A stretch of 64,000 nucleotides of DNA from Bigelowiella natans CCMP2755 (taxonomy: Eukaryota > Protista > Cercozoa): positions 124,001 to 188,000 of the forward strand of contig ADNK01001197.1 in assembly GCA_000320545.1 (NCBI GenBank), in the 5' to 3' direction. This document shows, piece after piece, positions 52,082 to 64,000 of this stretch. A model generated the notes under the pieces. It did no database searches, was not told the DNA's origin, and saw only the letters and a list, made by a program, of their open reading frames with translations. How positions within the stretch are numbered: the stretch's first letter is position 1; each line of letters opens with the position of its first letter. A program made the position numbers and the translations under genes.

Positions 52082-55000
52082 TGCGTGAGTGTGCGCATGC
52101 ACAATGTACAAGCATATTATTGTTTATACATTAATTCTTAAAATTTAAATCACATCATATATAATTCTGATAGTGTACATATTTATATGTATATTTGCAT
52201 GCATCTGTGTGCGCGCCAAGGATTACCAGATTCATCAAGAAAGTGAGGAAACCGGGAGCAAAACACGAAGATGCCAATAGACTAGCAATAAGCTGTACCA
52301 TAAATTAGGGAGGGTGTTAGATAACACAAAGAATGAAAGTAGCAGCGGATCCTGATAATCCTGATCATTTTTGCATAGAGTTGTCATTCTGTAGAAGTAC
52401 CTTATTATAGCAGATAACGTCCACATCTGCTGTAGCTTCTGTCAACAGTGGGTGTTGGTACCTTTGATACTTATTACTTTAAAAGGGAACAGCTAAGAAG
52501 TTTAAGAGGTATAAGAGTGAAATATCGTTGTGAACGAAAAAAAGATACGATACTTCTTTCGCCCTTCCCCTCACCATTGTGCGCCCTATACCTTTCATAG
52601 AATCTCTTTTGCGTCACTGTGACCTAGAAACGGCACATATGTGTAAAATACTTTATTTGTTGCACTGAACTATCACACATAATGGAACCCTCGGTGTTTA
52701 TTCTACCAAAACATCGATCATTACACATTGCTGCATGTTGCAATTGTTTTGAGAAGTAACAGCAAAGGTTTGGTAGTATTCGGTGTATTGTAGACTTTGA
52801 AGTGACTTTGTGGCAGTCGGTCGAGGATAGTAATTACTTTATTTCGTCAATATGAACTAATAGCACCGAAAGAAATTATGATGGTTTCTGCTGCTACTAC
52901 TTTAATGGGCACAGATCTACCGCCGACATCAGCACGTTTCACCTGCCGTGTAAATTTATATGCAAAGTATGGATATATTGATATAACCTTTCTCAAATAA
53001 GCAGTAAGAAAAGTGCTCCCATCATTGAATACTCCATTATCGTTGGAAATTTAGTAGATTAATGGTTGGCACCTTGAGATATCTCCGAATTGCAACAGCA
53101 GTGAATAGTTGCCGTAAATCCCGAGATTCCACATTTCTAATGTAAAAATGTATGCATATATAAACATGATGGCCAGGATGAATACAGTGAATGACGAAGT
53201 TATTCACTGCAAGCTGTAGATATCAAAACGTGGTAGTTCGAAAGATGTATTCCTATAAAAACATCGATGATTTTTCCATCAAGGACCAAGCGCTGTTGAT
53301 GGATAAAAACCGTCGGTGGTTTCAATACCATTAACATGTCTTAAATTTGTTACAACGGTTTGTATTTCAAAACAAAAATGGCGCAGATCGTACACATGAG
53401 CCTCAGGGCCAAGGATGTATACTCCTGCAGCCTTTTCAACCTGCCAGGGGATAGAATCGACTGACATTAAAATCAATACTAACGACAGTAATCCTCAATC
53501 ATCATTTATAATAGATTATTTTATTCTTTATCACATACCTGAAGTCGACTTAAGTCCTCTTCCTCTAAGGGATTTCCCACAAAAAGCTGGATATTTTTCT
53601 CCATTTCACTTGTGATGCTACCACCCTGTGTGCCATCCTATAAAGTGTATTAATATAAAATTCAGCCTACCACGTACCACATTGACAGCGATGGTAGAAA
53701 TTGTAATGAACAGCGATGGTAGAAATTGTAATGAATTTTATCATTCAATGGCTAACAGATGCCAATATAGACCATCATCACTGTATTTATTTGTATATAA
53801 CTGTACCACGATGCTCGCAATGAAAGATCGCAGCTCTGTGAGCTTTTCCGGGGTCGAAACTATTGTAACATTTCCTCCTCAGTTCTCACATCACTGGCTT
53901 TTCACATCGTATCGACGACGAGAAATCTGATAGAGTTCATCACCTAACACTGCGAGTTTCATATTGCCTACAAACCTAATTATCACCCCACCATTATCAC
54001 CACTACCAAAAAATAGCAGTATACTGTACAAAGACAGCTTGCTTTACACTCGCTCACTCTTTCGATCAAGACGATAAAATAAGCGAAGGTAGAAGCAAGC
54101 CATGAGAAGAGGACAGAGAACAGGGGAAAGTAGAATTTTTGCAATCGTGAAAGAGGCAGCAAACACCTATCAGGATGCAGCAACTGATTGCTCATAAGTC
54201 TGGTGATAAACAACAGTAACAAAAGAGCAGAAAGAAAAGTAAGGGGGGGGAGGAGGAATTTGTTTTGGATAAGCATCAACGCAAACACGTAGAATGGAAA
54301 AGTCTCGATATCGTTGTCAACAATAGCAACAAGGTATTCTGATCGTCTTTCTAGGTATTGTTGTCTATCATCAGCGCTACCACATATAATCATCATACTT
54401 ACTTAAGGATTTCCTCCGACACCTCTCCCACCAAAACTACAAATTGAGATTGTTCAGGGTTGTGAAACCTAATCGTTAGGAATGTGTGAAGGTGTAGAAT
54501 AAGACGTAGTATTTTAGAGATATGGATTTCTCAGAAAGAAGAGAAGAGAGATATAGAAGAATCCTATTTGCCCGACTTGATAATCACCACCATAATCATC
54601 ATCATCATCATTATCATATAGTTTATTCATAAAAAAATGTTTGAGGCTCCGAACCTCCCATAACCAGCATTGTCTGTACGATAGGCCTCGAACAACTGAG
54701 TGGTTTTTACCCCGAAAGCAACGATACCTTCATAATATAGTTGCATATTAATTCTCTGACGGTTTTAGCACCCAAATTGAAACTAGCAGTTATTCACGTT
54801 AAGGACGTAGATGTAGTTAAATGGTATATATTAATGGGTGAGTATGCATTTGCTTGATGATTATTTACCCAAAGCAATGCAGAGGATCATCAAAGCCCTC
54901 CCAATTAGAGTGGTAGCAAAAAAATCGCCATACCTATCACAACAACATATTGTATGGTGTATTTTAAAATACTTATCTACTTAATCAAACCCACGCATGA

Positions 55001-56420
55001 TTTATAATAACCCAACAGTTGAGAACGTAACGATCATGAAGTAGAAAGCATTGTAGACCGTCCATTCAGTCTGCCAATTAGTTAAAAAAAAAACAGTTGA
55101 TTCAGCTTCGTTTTGAGTTACATGTATAAATAACACGCGCGTAAGGGTGGATACTATAGGGATTCATATCAGAAAGAAAATTATTACGTACAGAGTCATA
55201 TATTATCCCTGGAGGGTCGCCTAAGCTCTCGAAGATGAATATTGCTCCGGCAAAGACGAATACGAAGGCTATAACTGTGAATGCTAAATTCCACAACTCC
55301 TGGGAACGAAACATTAAATTCAACTTTATCCAAAAGAAAATGGGATACTTTCGTTGCTAACGCACCCGTGTACTCCGGCTTATGTTGAATGGAAGCTTAT
55401 CAAGAATATTGCAAGAATATCAATTAAATCTCAAATTGGTAGTGAATCATTATTTCGGACCTTAGCTTTTTCGAAGTGATGCAATGCATTTATTGCACGC
55501 ACAAATTGAAGTCCAAGGAAAAAGTCATTAGATACCTGAAGATGGCTCAGAGTCATTGGTGAAGGCAAGAGTTTATAGAAGTTTTGAAACAGTACTGAGT
55601 ACACCGCTGAAGATACCCCAATAATATTCGTGATTGTTGTAAAATTCCTGTACATAAAATTGACCTAAATATTGAACGGCTAATGTAAGATTATGGAAGA
55701 AATAAAGCCCAAGGAAATAATAGCTTATTGTGTCTTACTTTCGTATAAGATGCCGCGAAATTCGCAGTCAGCTGAATGTGGCACACAAAGGTAAGTTTTC
55801 TCCGATACATGGGCTGTAATGAAATAATTTAGCGCTGTTTAACAGCTACCTGTATGCCGAATATAAGAGCTGCTACAGCTTCAATAGTTTTCATCCACGT
55901 AGGAAATGATTTCTCATTCGTTCTAAGAGAAGGAGGATACGCTATTACTACTTTTGTATGATGTTCAAAAGAGATGATCTGCGTGAAATGTTTTTTTTCT
56001 GTAAGACCTCACAACGAAGAACGCACACATTAAGATGTTTAGAAATAAGAACAAAATGTGTGCGACGCTGGAACGTATGAAGCGGGTGGCCTTTCTCGCC
56101 TATAAGTCGAAGTAATGTTTAGAGGAAACTTTTATCTGTGCATCTCATCAGATTGGCTCTTGCATGCACCTTTTGTACTGAGTAAAACGATCAAATCGGG
56201 GTTCATCATCGTCCTTTGCTCTTCGAGAAATCTCCATCAGAATGACGGCTGCATTAATTGATGTGAAATCATCAACATGATCTTTTAAGTCATCTGCAAT
56301 AATACCTGTTATGAATGCTGATGTGTAAGCAACTCCCGCGGTTAGCAGCTGGTAGCCAATCTCCGCCCTTTGATCAAGCATTCGAGTGATAAATAAACTT
56401 GACGTTTTCATGCCGATCTT
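43150..56420 (-). CDS. BK/Slo-family large-conductance K+ channel with RCK domains, more than 30 short exons. The 5' end may extend to about 57070, and apparent frameshifts are present.
   Basis: S4-like FLGLQFVRAINALH (about 55480-55530); S5 LAFTVIAFVFVFAGAIFIFE; pore FYFMIVTFSTVG|YGDFF (intron about 54934-55012). RCK motifs: VEKAAGVYIL, LASSCFAPGFLTFLMNL (about 52230-52300), EEEWLNDYMTGASYE (51634-51686), IIPVAL|Y and RYCVTSP...TDM|VMVL. Inferred stop at 43150-43152. Confidence 0.88.
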
Positions 56421-57296
56421 TCAACATTAATCACCATTGTTCGCTGGGGGAGAAATCGGATCCGGCGGTCATGATGACTCTCGTATGATATCCACCAAAT
56501 GATCTACTACTTCCCTATTCCTGTTTAGTAAGTTGTTTCTTTATTTGTTGCTTTCTTTCTTATCTCTATGTTGTTGGACTATGTAGTTATGGGTTGTGAG
56601 GCAGCTCTCTTTCTTCCATTCTGGTAGTCTTTGGTAGTACTCGTAGTCGGAGGAGACGTAACCAAGTCAGTCTCATCATCTATTTTATGTCAAACCCAGG
56701 TTAATTTCATCGGACGACCCAGTATGTGCCATGTAAACTTCTAAAGTTAAATTGGACCATACCAGAGCAAGCTAAAAGAAGTATTTTAGTAAATAAAATA
56801 TCGTCGATGTATCTGATGTTGGCTTGAATGCGAGTAATATCCGAGCAACAATGATCCTATGACTACCATCTCGATTACCAGGTGGTCGCATCATTGACTT
56901 CCCAGCTATGTTTTTTCACCGAGGTTAGTTCCTAGTAGTTACGATTAGTATTTCTTACCCAAGTTGTTCCGAAAGAACAGCAGCAACCAAGAACAACAAC
57001 TACAACAACAACAACAACAACAACAACAGCAGCTGCAGCAACATGCGAAGGGAAGGACCACCATGATCGCACAATCGAAGAAGAGATCTTCGCGATTGTT
57101 CTGCCTAGGCTAAGGGGTGATCTAACATCTAGCTGTGAGGGAGAAATACTTCCTTAGATTAGAGCTCTTATAATTGCTCTCTCTCTCCCTCCCTCCTTCC
57201 CTCCCTCCCTCCCTCCTTCTTTCTTTATCCCATTAGCGGTTCTAACTCAACATCTAATTAGCTTAATAAATGGGCTAAGTCGATACGGGAAAGATT

Positions 57297-60200
57297 ATGA
57301 ATACTTCGATCGAAGGTGGAAAAGCTAACGAGGCTCAGATCGCAAGCAACGATTCGACATTAGCCTTAGCCTCTGAAACGCTTCTTCTTGAACCGTCGCA
57401 TACTATACCTACTGAAGGTCACAGTCAAAAAATTGGATCAAATACCAGTGCCTCATCCTTGGCGGACTTCGAAGACAAAGAACATCATCGTTATCATCAA
57501 GAAGAACCAGGGAAACAACAGACAACTTTCAATACATCGCCATCAACGATGAGGGCGTCACAAATTTCCACATCCCACGGACATAGTCTTGATCAAGATA
57601 ATGATGTTTGTAATGCCGGGCAAGGAACCACAAATACAAAGCAAAATTGGGTGCGGCAAGGTGTTCGCAATGCCCACCCCGGAAGAAATACTAGCCATAT
57701 TCCAAGGTTTGACTGTATAGGAGAAGGCCGTGTGGGGTTGAAAGAGATCGAAGGGGGCAAAAATGAAGAAAGCAAAGAGGACGAAAACGAAGCTCCCTCG
57801 CCGGATATGGAAGAGAAACAACAGCAACAATGTGTAGATATACTTGAGGGTTCCACTGGCGAAGGGAAAGCAGCAATCATCGCACAAGGGGACAGGCAGG
57901 AACATAAGAAAGATAGAGAGCGGATATTATTTGCCGTGGAAAAAGAACAGATCGAACATAATAGAGCAGAAGAAAGAAGGGCCAAAAAAGTCTCTGGTGA
58001 GCAAATTTTGGGTGATGGCCATGACATGAAGGTAGATCAAGCGAAAAATACTGAACAAAAAATCGACAATCAGTTTGATGGCGCACACAAATCTAAAGCA
58101 ATGACACCTTCCATGGAGCACGTTTCTCGAGTTGATGATACAAAGGGATTGCGGGGTGAAGTAGCAACTAGCGTAAATGACATAAGTCGATCTCAGGAAA
58201 AGGAGCAACACTGTGCAGCTGTATTGATTGAGAAGAGCGGAAAATGTCTTGATTTACCGAGGAACGTGGCGGAAAATGTTGTACTCACAGTATCTAATCA
58301 GAACAGTGTGGCTCAGGGCGATGATAGTGCCAGTAGCAGTGCTATGCTACAAAATAACTGCGAAGAGGTGGAAGATGATACCGAGGGGGAGGAAAACGAG
58401 GACAATTATGATGAAAACGATAACAAGCTTTACTGTTTCTGCAGGGGTCCGTATATGAAGAAATATGCAATGGTACAATGTGGGAAGTGTAACGAATGGT
58501 ATCACACTGAGTGTGTCGGTTTAGAGGAAGATTCATTAGACACTGAATGGAAAGATAAAGAATGGTTCTGTCAACAGTGTTTGGGCAAAAAATTCCCTGA
58601 GCTTAAGCCTGGGAGTCGTTTCTATCACTTCAAGATCGATGCTGATAGAAGGACACGGAATATGTCCATCGCTCTAAAGAGAGAGATCAGGCAAGAACTC
58701 CGCAAAAAGAAGATGAGAGCATTAGGAATGGAAGTTTTGTCCTCCGACTCCGAGGAGGATTCATCTGACAGCGATCCTGACTTCGAACTTGATAGCATCA
58801 ACCCTGGAAATATGAGAGGAGGAAAAGGCGACCACATGATGATGATGATGATGTCAAAGGGGGGCAATAGCAGCAAGTCAAATCGAAGCAGCAGCAGCGT
58901 ACAGCCATTGTCTAATCGTCATGACATGATGAACGCGAGAAGAAAAGGAAGGAAGATGAGGAAGGAAAAGAAGCAGCACACAAAGGGCACCAGCAGCAAG
59001 AAGGTCGAGAGTAGACGAAAGCGTCAACGATATCGCTGCACTAAGGCTGAACGCATCGAAACAGGACGTAGGAAGATTACTAAAACCTTCACTGACGTGC
59101 TTGGAAACAAGACATTAGGCATTGCTTTAGAGTCAGACCTATTCCTCCACTTTGGGGGCTTCAACGAGAAGTACCAGGAACGCTACCGCATACTCATCGC
59201 TAACATCAGACACAACGGTAAGCTTTTGGCGAAGATCCTGAGGAAGGAAATACCAACAAAGCAGCTGATGGAGATGGATGTAGCGCAGCTTGCTCCCGAA
59301 GAAATAAACCAACAGCGTGAGGAATTGAGGAAGGCAGCGTGGAAAGACAAAGTAATTGCCGAGGAGGATCGCATGGATCACAAATTCACCTTCTTTAAGC
59401 GCTACAACCACGGCGTATCTAGCCTTAAGAACAAGCCCTCAATTGACGACATCCTCGAAAGCGTAGGAAAAATCGATGATGGTGATGATGATATACAACC
59501 TGGTGGTGCCGATGGTGACACGAGCAGTCATATGGGAAACAATGGCAATCGTCGCCGTCATCTCTGTCCGAATTGCGGGGAAGAGGATTTAACGCAGCGT
59601 GCAAGATTCTGTTCATCGTGCGGGACAAAATTACACACTGCTGCTACCCCCTCGCCTTCCAGAACAACAATTGCCGGCAATATCGTGAAGTCTGAGGCAC
59701 AGCTCATCGAAAGTGGTCACCATCAGATAGGAGGAGGGGGGGGAGGAGGAGGAGGAGGAGAAGGGGGAGGAACGGGGAAACTAACAACAGCCAACGAGGA
59801 TGATGATATCACAGGAAATAATGATGATGATGGTGAAAATAGGACTGATAAGAATAATAATACTAATGTGAAAGAGGAGGGGGACAAGAGAGGAGGGGTG
59901 GAGAAGAAGATAGCACAACGACCTTTAATAATCAAGCCCTTTGAGGAGGAGGAGGAAGAGGAGGAGGAGGAAGGTGAAGATTATAATGCGAGTAGTTGGG
60001 AGATGGGAGACAAAGACAAGGACGATGAGGCGGAAGAAGACAAAGAATACGATCCTTTCGCCGATGATATCGAAGACGTCGAAGGAGGAGGAGGAGGAGG
60101 AGAGCCTTCAGAGAGGAGAAAGGAGGAAGGGAGGGAGGGGGGAGGACCGACACTGAGCAGCAGCAGGAAGAGGGGTCGAGAAGAGAAGGGAAAGAAAAGA

Positions 60201-62208
60201 AAATATCGCCAAATGGAGAGAATTTCCTCACCAGCATCGTCATCGAAGAAGAAGTCTAAGAAAAGGAAGAGCAGTAGCCATTCTCAAAGAGAGAAGGCCC
60301 CACTTAAGTCGGGAGTGAATATCATGGTGTGGGAAGGTACAATTGGAAGGGAGTCGGGGAAAGCAGCGACCTTTCGGATGACTCAGACAAATGGGGATCC
60401 TTTTGGTACCCTACCATTCGCAGATAACATTGAGCATTCTGGATGGATGGATCTACGCAAAGCGCTCGTGTGGCTGTGGAAAGTACAGCGCAGCGTCCAC
60501 AAACAGCTCTCGGGGATTATAGTGCAGCCTCAAACTAAATTCGATATTGAGGCTGCGAGGAAATTTAGGGACTTCTACAACAAAAAGGACAAGGCGACGA
60601 TCCTCGATTATGATAAGAGCCATGGGATCAGTCTTTTGCTGATGCCAAACCACAACAAAAAGTTGATGAGGGAGAAGAGATTGTTCACTCATATATTCCC
60701 CGGTGCCGAAGTACGAAACCCAGTGCTTCTTGGTGTAGCGATAATCGATAAAAGGCGTTGGTCGCCGCAGCTGTTATCATCCATATCCTCACCCATCACC
60801 GCAACACCAACACCAACCGCCACCAAACCTACTTCTGCTACTACTTCTACTTCTGCCATCGCTGTCTCAGAGGGGCTGGTTTACAGTAAAGGTGTAGGAG
60901 GTGTAGTAGTAGTAAAAAGGGAGGACGAGGAGGAGAAGGAAAAGGTGGAAGCGGGTAATTACGACAACACAGGGGGAGTGACTGTGAAGAAGGAGAAGAA
61001 TAAAGAAGAATCAGTTGGTAATCTCGTCACAATTAAGAGAGAGGAGGGGATGAGCCCCCGTAGATTTCATCATCATCATGATCATCATCCCTTTTCTGCT
61101 ACCGTGAGCACCGTATTACAAAAGAGGGAAACTATGCCCCCTCCCCCTCACTCATTGTCGATATCATCTGCACCGACGACCAGTAACATCAAAAAGAAAA
61201 AACGAAGGCCGCCTCCACCCCCACCGAGACCCAGAGCTGTTTCAGATGATCCCAGCGCTGGTGTTAGTGTTTTGGAGAAATATAGAGGAGCTGTGGGAGT
61301 GGGGGGGGGGAGGCGTGCAGCATCAACAGCAACAGCAGCTCTCGAAAATCTCGGAAGAAACGAAAAATGGAAGTAATAGTAGTGCATCGTGGAAATCTGA
61401 GAGTGCTGGTTTGGGGGTGCTAGATACACGCACGAATCAGAGAAGTTCATCATTATATTTATCATCAGCATCAGCATCAGCATCGTCATCATCGGCATTA
61501 TCAGCATCATCGTCATCATCACGACCTTTACCATCACCATCTCAAGTTAATTTCAATAAGCGTTCTACCTCCACTCGGCCCATCCCTTCCTTTCACCATC
61601 CTCCTCACATGTTAGCTGGGAGTCTAGGATTGCAATCAGGAGTAGCAGCGCCACCACCACCACCACCAGGACGACGCTATCACCAAGCCACCTCAAGAAA
61701 ACAAAGGAATAGTAGTAGTAGTCACCTTGTAACTGCTGTCAAGGAAGAAGACCTTGGGCCGTCATTCCCACTTCGTCGAAGGATGCCACCTGCACCACCG
61801 CCACGGACATCTTCGTTGATAGGGAGGAGAATGTCCGCAATCAGTATCCCGCCTCCTCCCCCACGACGACGAGTTGGGGCTACCACTGCGGCATTGTCAT
61901 CATCATCACCATCATCATCATCCTTCTCGCCATCAAAAAGGATCCTGCCACCACCACCTCGTCGCAGCCTAGATGGTTCTGGTAGCATCACCATTCATCC
62001 AAGCCGCAGTCACCGATTTAGCAACAATAGCAACTCCCCACATTCACCATCATCAAATCGCCCCAACCACGTTAAGATGGCAGAGTTTAGGTCGAGAGAT
62101 CTACGAAATCGGGGGAACTTCAGCTCTTCCCCGCCTGTGTCTCCATGGAGAGCATCACAGATGAATCGCCAGAAATCAAACCGAAATCGTGTTCCGTGGC
62201 GTAGGTAG
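57297..62208 (+). CDS. PHD-TFIIS central domain-zinc ribbon-SPOC protein (DIDO1/PHF3/BYE1-like). It is probably one intronless CDS broken by a frameshift at the G run 61301-61310.
   Basis: PHD LYCFCRGP...VQCGKCNEWYHTECVG...WFCQQC (about 58430-58580); TFIIS-M ALESDLF...KYQERYRILIANI...MDVAQLAPEE; CPNCG...RFCSSCGT; SPOC-like VWEGTI...IEHSGWMDL...LLLMP. ORF 61246-62208 continues as an S/P/R-rich tail in another frame. Confidence 0.9.
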
Positions 62209-62239
62209 CTCAAATCTTGAGAAGTTTGGAGACTGGTTA

Positions 62240-64000
62240 ATTGGCCACAATGAGCTTCTGCTCAAATGGACAACCCAACAAATGTCAAACATTCTTGTTA
62301 ACCAAAACAAACACATCTAAACGCATGTGCATCAATGTTCACATTTGTGGCTGCGCGAAGCGTGACTTGGTCGACACGGTCGTCAGCAATCATGTTAACA
62401 ACACAGTGATTTGCACATCTAGCCAGCATGCTAGTATGCGCCATGCACAGTCGCGTGTAGTCGACCTCACATGATCAAAAAGCAGCATGGCTGGCTATAG
62501 CCAGGCTGGTCGGTCTAGCGATGCAATGTGTGGATGGCGACCGCTGTGCGACGATCTATCTATGTCCATGTAACCACATTAGCATTGCACAATTTGCAGC
62601 TTGCCGCAAAAAGCGCAGCGTCGCGTGCGTGCAAAAAAATGATTGCATTGAGCATGTGCGCACAGTCGCTTGCGCGTGCACAGCTGCGCGCACTTTTGCA
62701 TCGCGCGCATTTGCATTGCGCACGATGCACGTGTGCACACATCGTGCTGCGTGGACGTGCAGTTGTGGCGCACGTGCGCACGTGCGCACATGCACTGCAC
62801 GCTCGTGCGTTCCAAAGATGCATGCACGCACGTGTCTGCACGTTGTTTGTTGCGCAATTTTGCAATGCAACGCTCACGTTTTTCGATGAAAAAACGATCG
62901 TGCATTGCGTGCGATGCAACTGCACGAGTGCACGCACGCTAGCACGCGTGCACGTGTTCAACGTGCGCAGCCGTCACCAGTGCTTTGGCAGAGCCCGCTG
63001 CCTTGCTCTGTTTGCACTTTGAGCTGCCATGACAATTTGCTCGCCGTGCAGCGCGTGCAGTGCAAAAAGTGACGCTTTTCAGCGGTGCATGCGATGGCAT
63101 GTCAAAACGACAACTTGCAACAAGCAGCAGCAGCGACACTCCAGCATCAAATTTCAGACTCGTCGCTGCTGCTGCTAGAAAGCACCTTCTTCTCCCCGTC
63201 CCACACCGACTCTTCGAAAAAAAAAATGCCAATGTGCTGATTGGACTTGACCATTTCGCATTGCTCAATGGTGGTTCCATTCGGAACCCGCACATTGAAC
63301 TCGTGCTGGGAGGGAGGCAGTTTCAGTTTTTCAACGTTTCTTTGGCTCTGACTTGCTCAGAAGTCAGAGCCGCCACTTTCGTTGACAAAGCCACCACGTC
63401 AGCTTTTTCCTTTGGTGGCTTTGTTTTCATTGTCACCTGATGCGAACGAACACGCAAGGTGACATCGATTGTGACGAAGCTGCGCAGGGCTTCACATTGA
63501 GTTCCGCTGTGGAACTAGGTGCACCCATGTGAAAGCAAAAGTGAAATGGGAAAGCACCTTTGTCATCGAGTGGACTTTGTCCACCTCGAATTCATGTGAA
63601 GCCCTGCAGAGCTTGTTGATCAACATCCACGTCCCTGAGTCAAGCTCAACTTCAAAGGGCGTGGGGCCGCGGAGCAGCATCTGCTCCGCCAGGTCGCTCT
63701 CAGAGCGACCCATCTCCTCGTCTGCACTTGCGTCGGAGAGGTCATCACTGACCTCCGGATCGTGTTGCCGTGCTCTCTTTCGAGACGGCGTTGAGGAGGA
63801 GGAAAGGCTGCTAGCGGGTTCAAGTCCCAGGGTCCGCGCTCGGCGCTTCACCTGGTTCCCGTTGGCCTTCCCTCGGCCAGAACTGAAGCAAGTTTTCGAT
63901 GGATGAGCCCAGGGCCGGGCAAGCTTGTCAGGAGGGATCGTGCGGATCCACCCTTTCAATTTGCGGTCCATCTCGTCCGTCCACTTCAACCCCATTGGAC
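62240..64000. other. TpA-depleted domain (core 62600-64000) with an alternating purine-pyrimidine tract
   Basis: From 62600 to 64000 I find only four TA, all in CTAG (about 62940, 63176, 63517, 63812). Confidence 0.9.
63492..63995 (-). CDS. Myb/SANT-like N-terminal domain protein (host or transposon accessory gene), TpA-converted
   Basis: KWTDEMDRKLKGWI...PWAHPSKTCF...NQVKRRARTLGL resembles a Myb/SANT helix-turn-helix. It has no Tyr, and the ORF length is inflated by the loss of TAA/TAG. Confidence 0.4.
   Translation of the reverse strand: MGLKWTDEMDRKLKGWIRTIPPDKLARPWAHPSKTCFSSGRGKANGNQVKRRARTLGLEPASSLSSSSTPSRKRARQHDPEVSDDLSDASADEEMGRSESDLAEQMLLRGPTPFEVELDSGTWMLINKLCRASHEFEVDKVHSMTKVLSHFTFAFTWVHLVPQRNSM

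Noticed and set aside
53983-54396. ORF starting MMIICGS, resembling an RCK start
   Set aside because: It follows a gtaag donor and is most likely intronic at its start; the RCK1 start is better matched by the upstream exon QFVVLVGEVSEEILK.
56950-57070. Poly-Cys ORF (MVVLPFACCCSCCCC...) or S0-like WWSF...VVVVVLGCCC segment upstream of the channel
   Set aside because: It derives from a (CAA/GTT)n microsatellite, and the reading frame and linkage to the channel cannot be decided without transcripts.

Overview
Gene-dense, intron-rich eukaryotic DNA, probably from a protist or alga (taxon not determinable from the sequence). Introns are short GT-AG and many carry microsatellites. Recognisable genes: a J-domain-like protein, an acetate/propionate-CoA ligase, MAF1, an MFS sugar transporter, a large repeat-module protein, a PHD-finger protein, cathepsin Z, a BK/Slo-type K+ channel and a PHD-TFIIS-SPOC (DIDO/BYE1-like) protein. 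There is also a decayed non-LTR retrotransposon with an inverted second 3' copy. The strongest unexplained signal is a set of sharply bounded domains (about 2.8-3.5, 34.0-40.1, 42.2-43.3 and 62.6-64.0 kb) in which the dinucleotide TpA is almost absent. Conserved Tyr codons of the LINE read as His or Cys. Two inverted LINE copies resolve the same inferred ancestral TA differently (TG in one, CA in the other), and the surviving TAs are nearly all in CTAG/TAG/CTA. This points to a double-stranded, context-specific A->G mutator (inferred target TAH) acting on repeats and gene-3' intergenic DNA, opposite in direction to fungal RIP. A tRNA-like acceptor-stem/T-arm element lies 21 nt after the MAF1 stop codon. 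All counts and exon joins were made by eye, and apparent homopolymer frameshifts suggest assembly indels.
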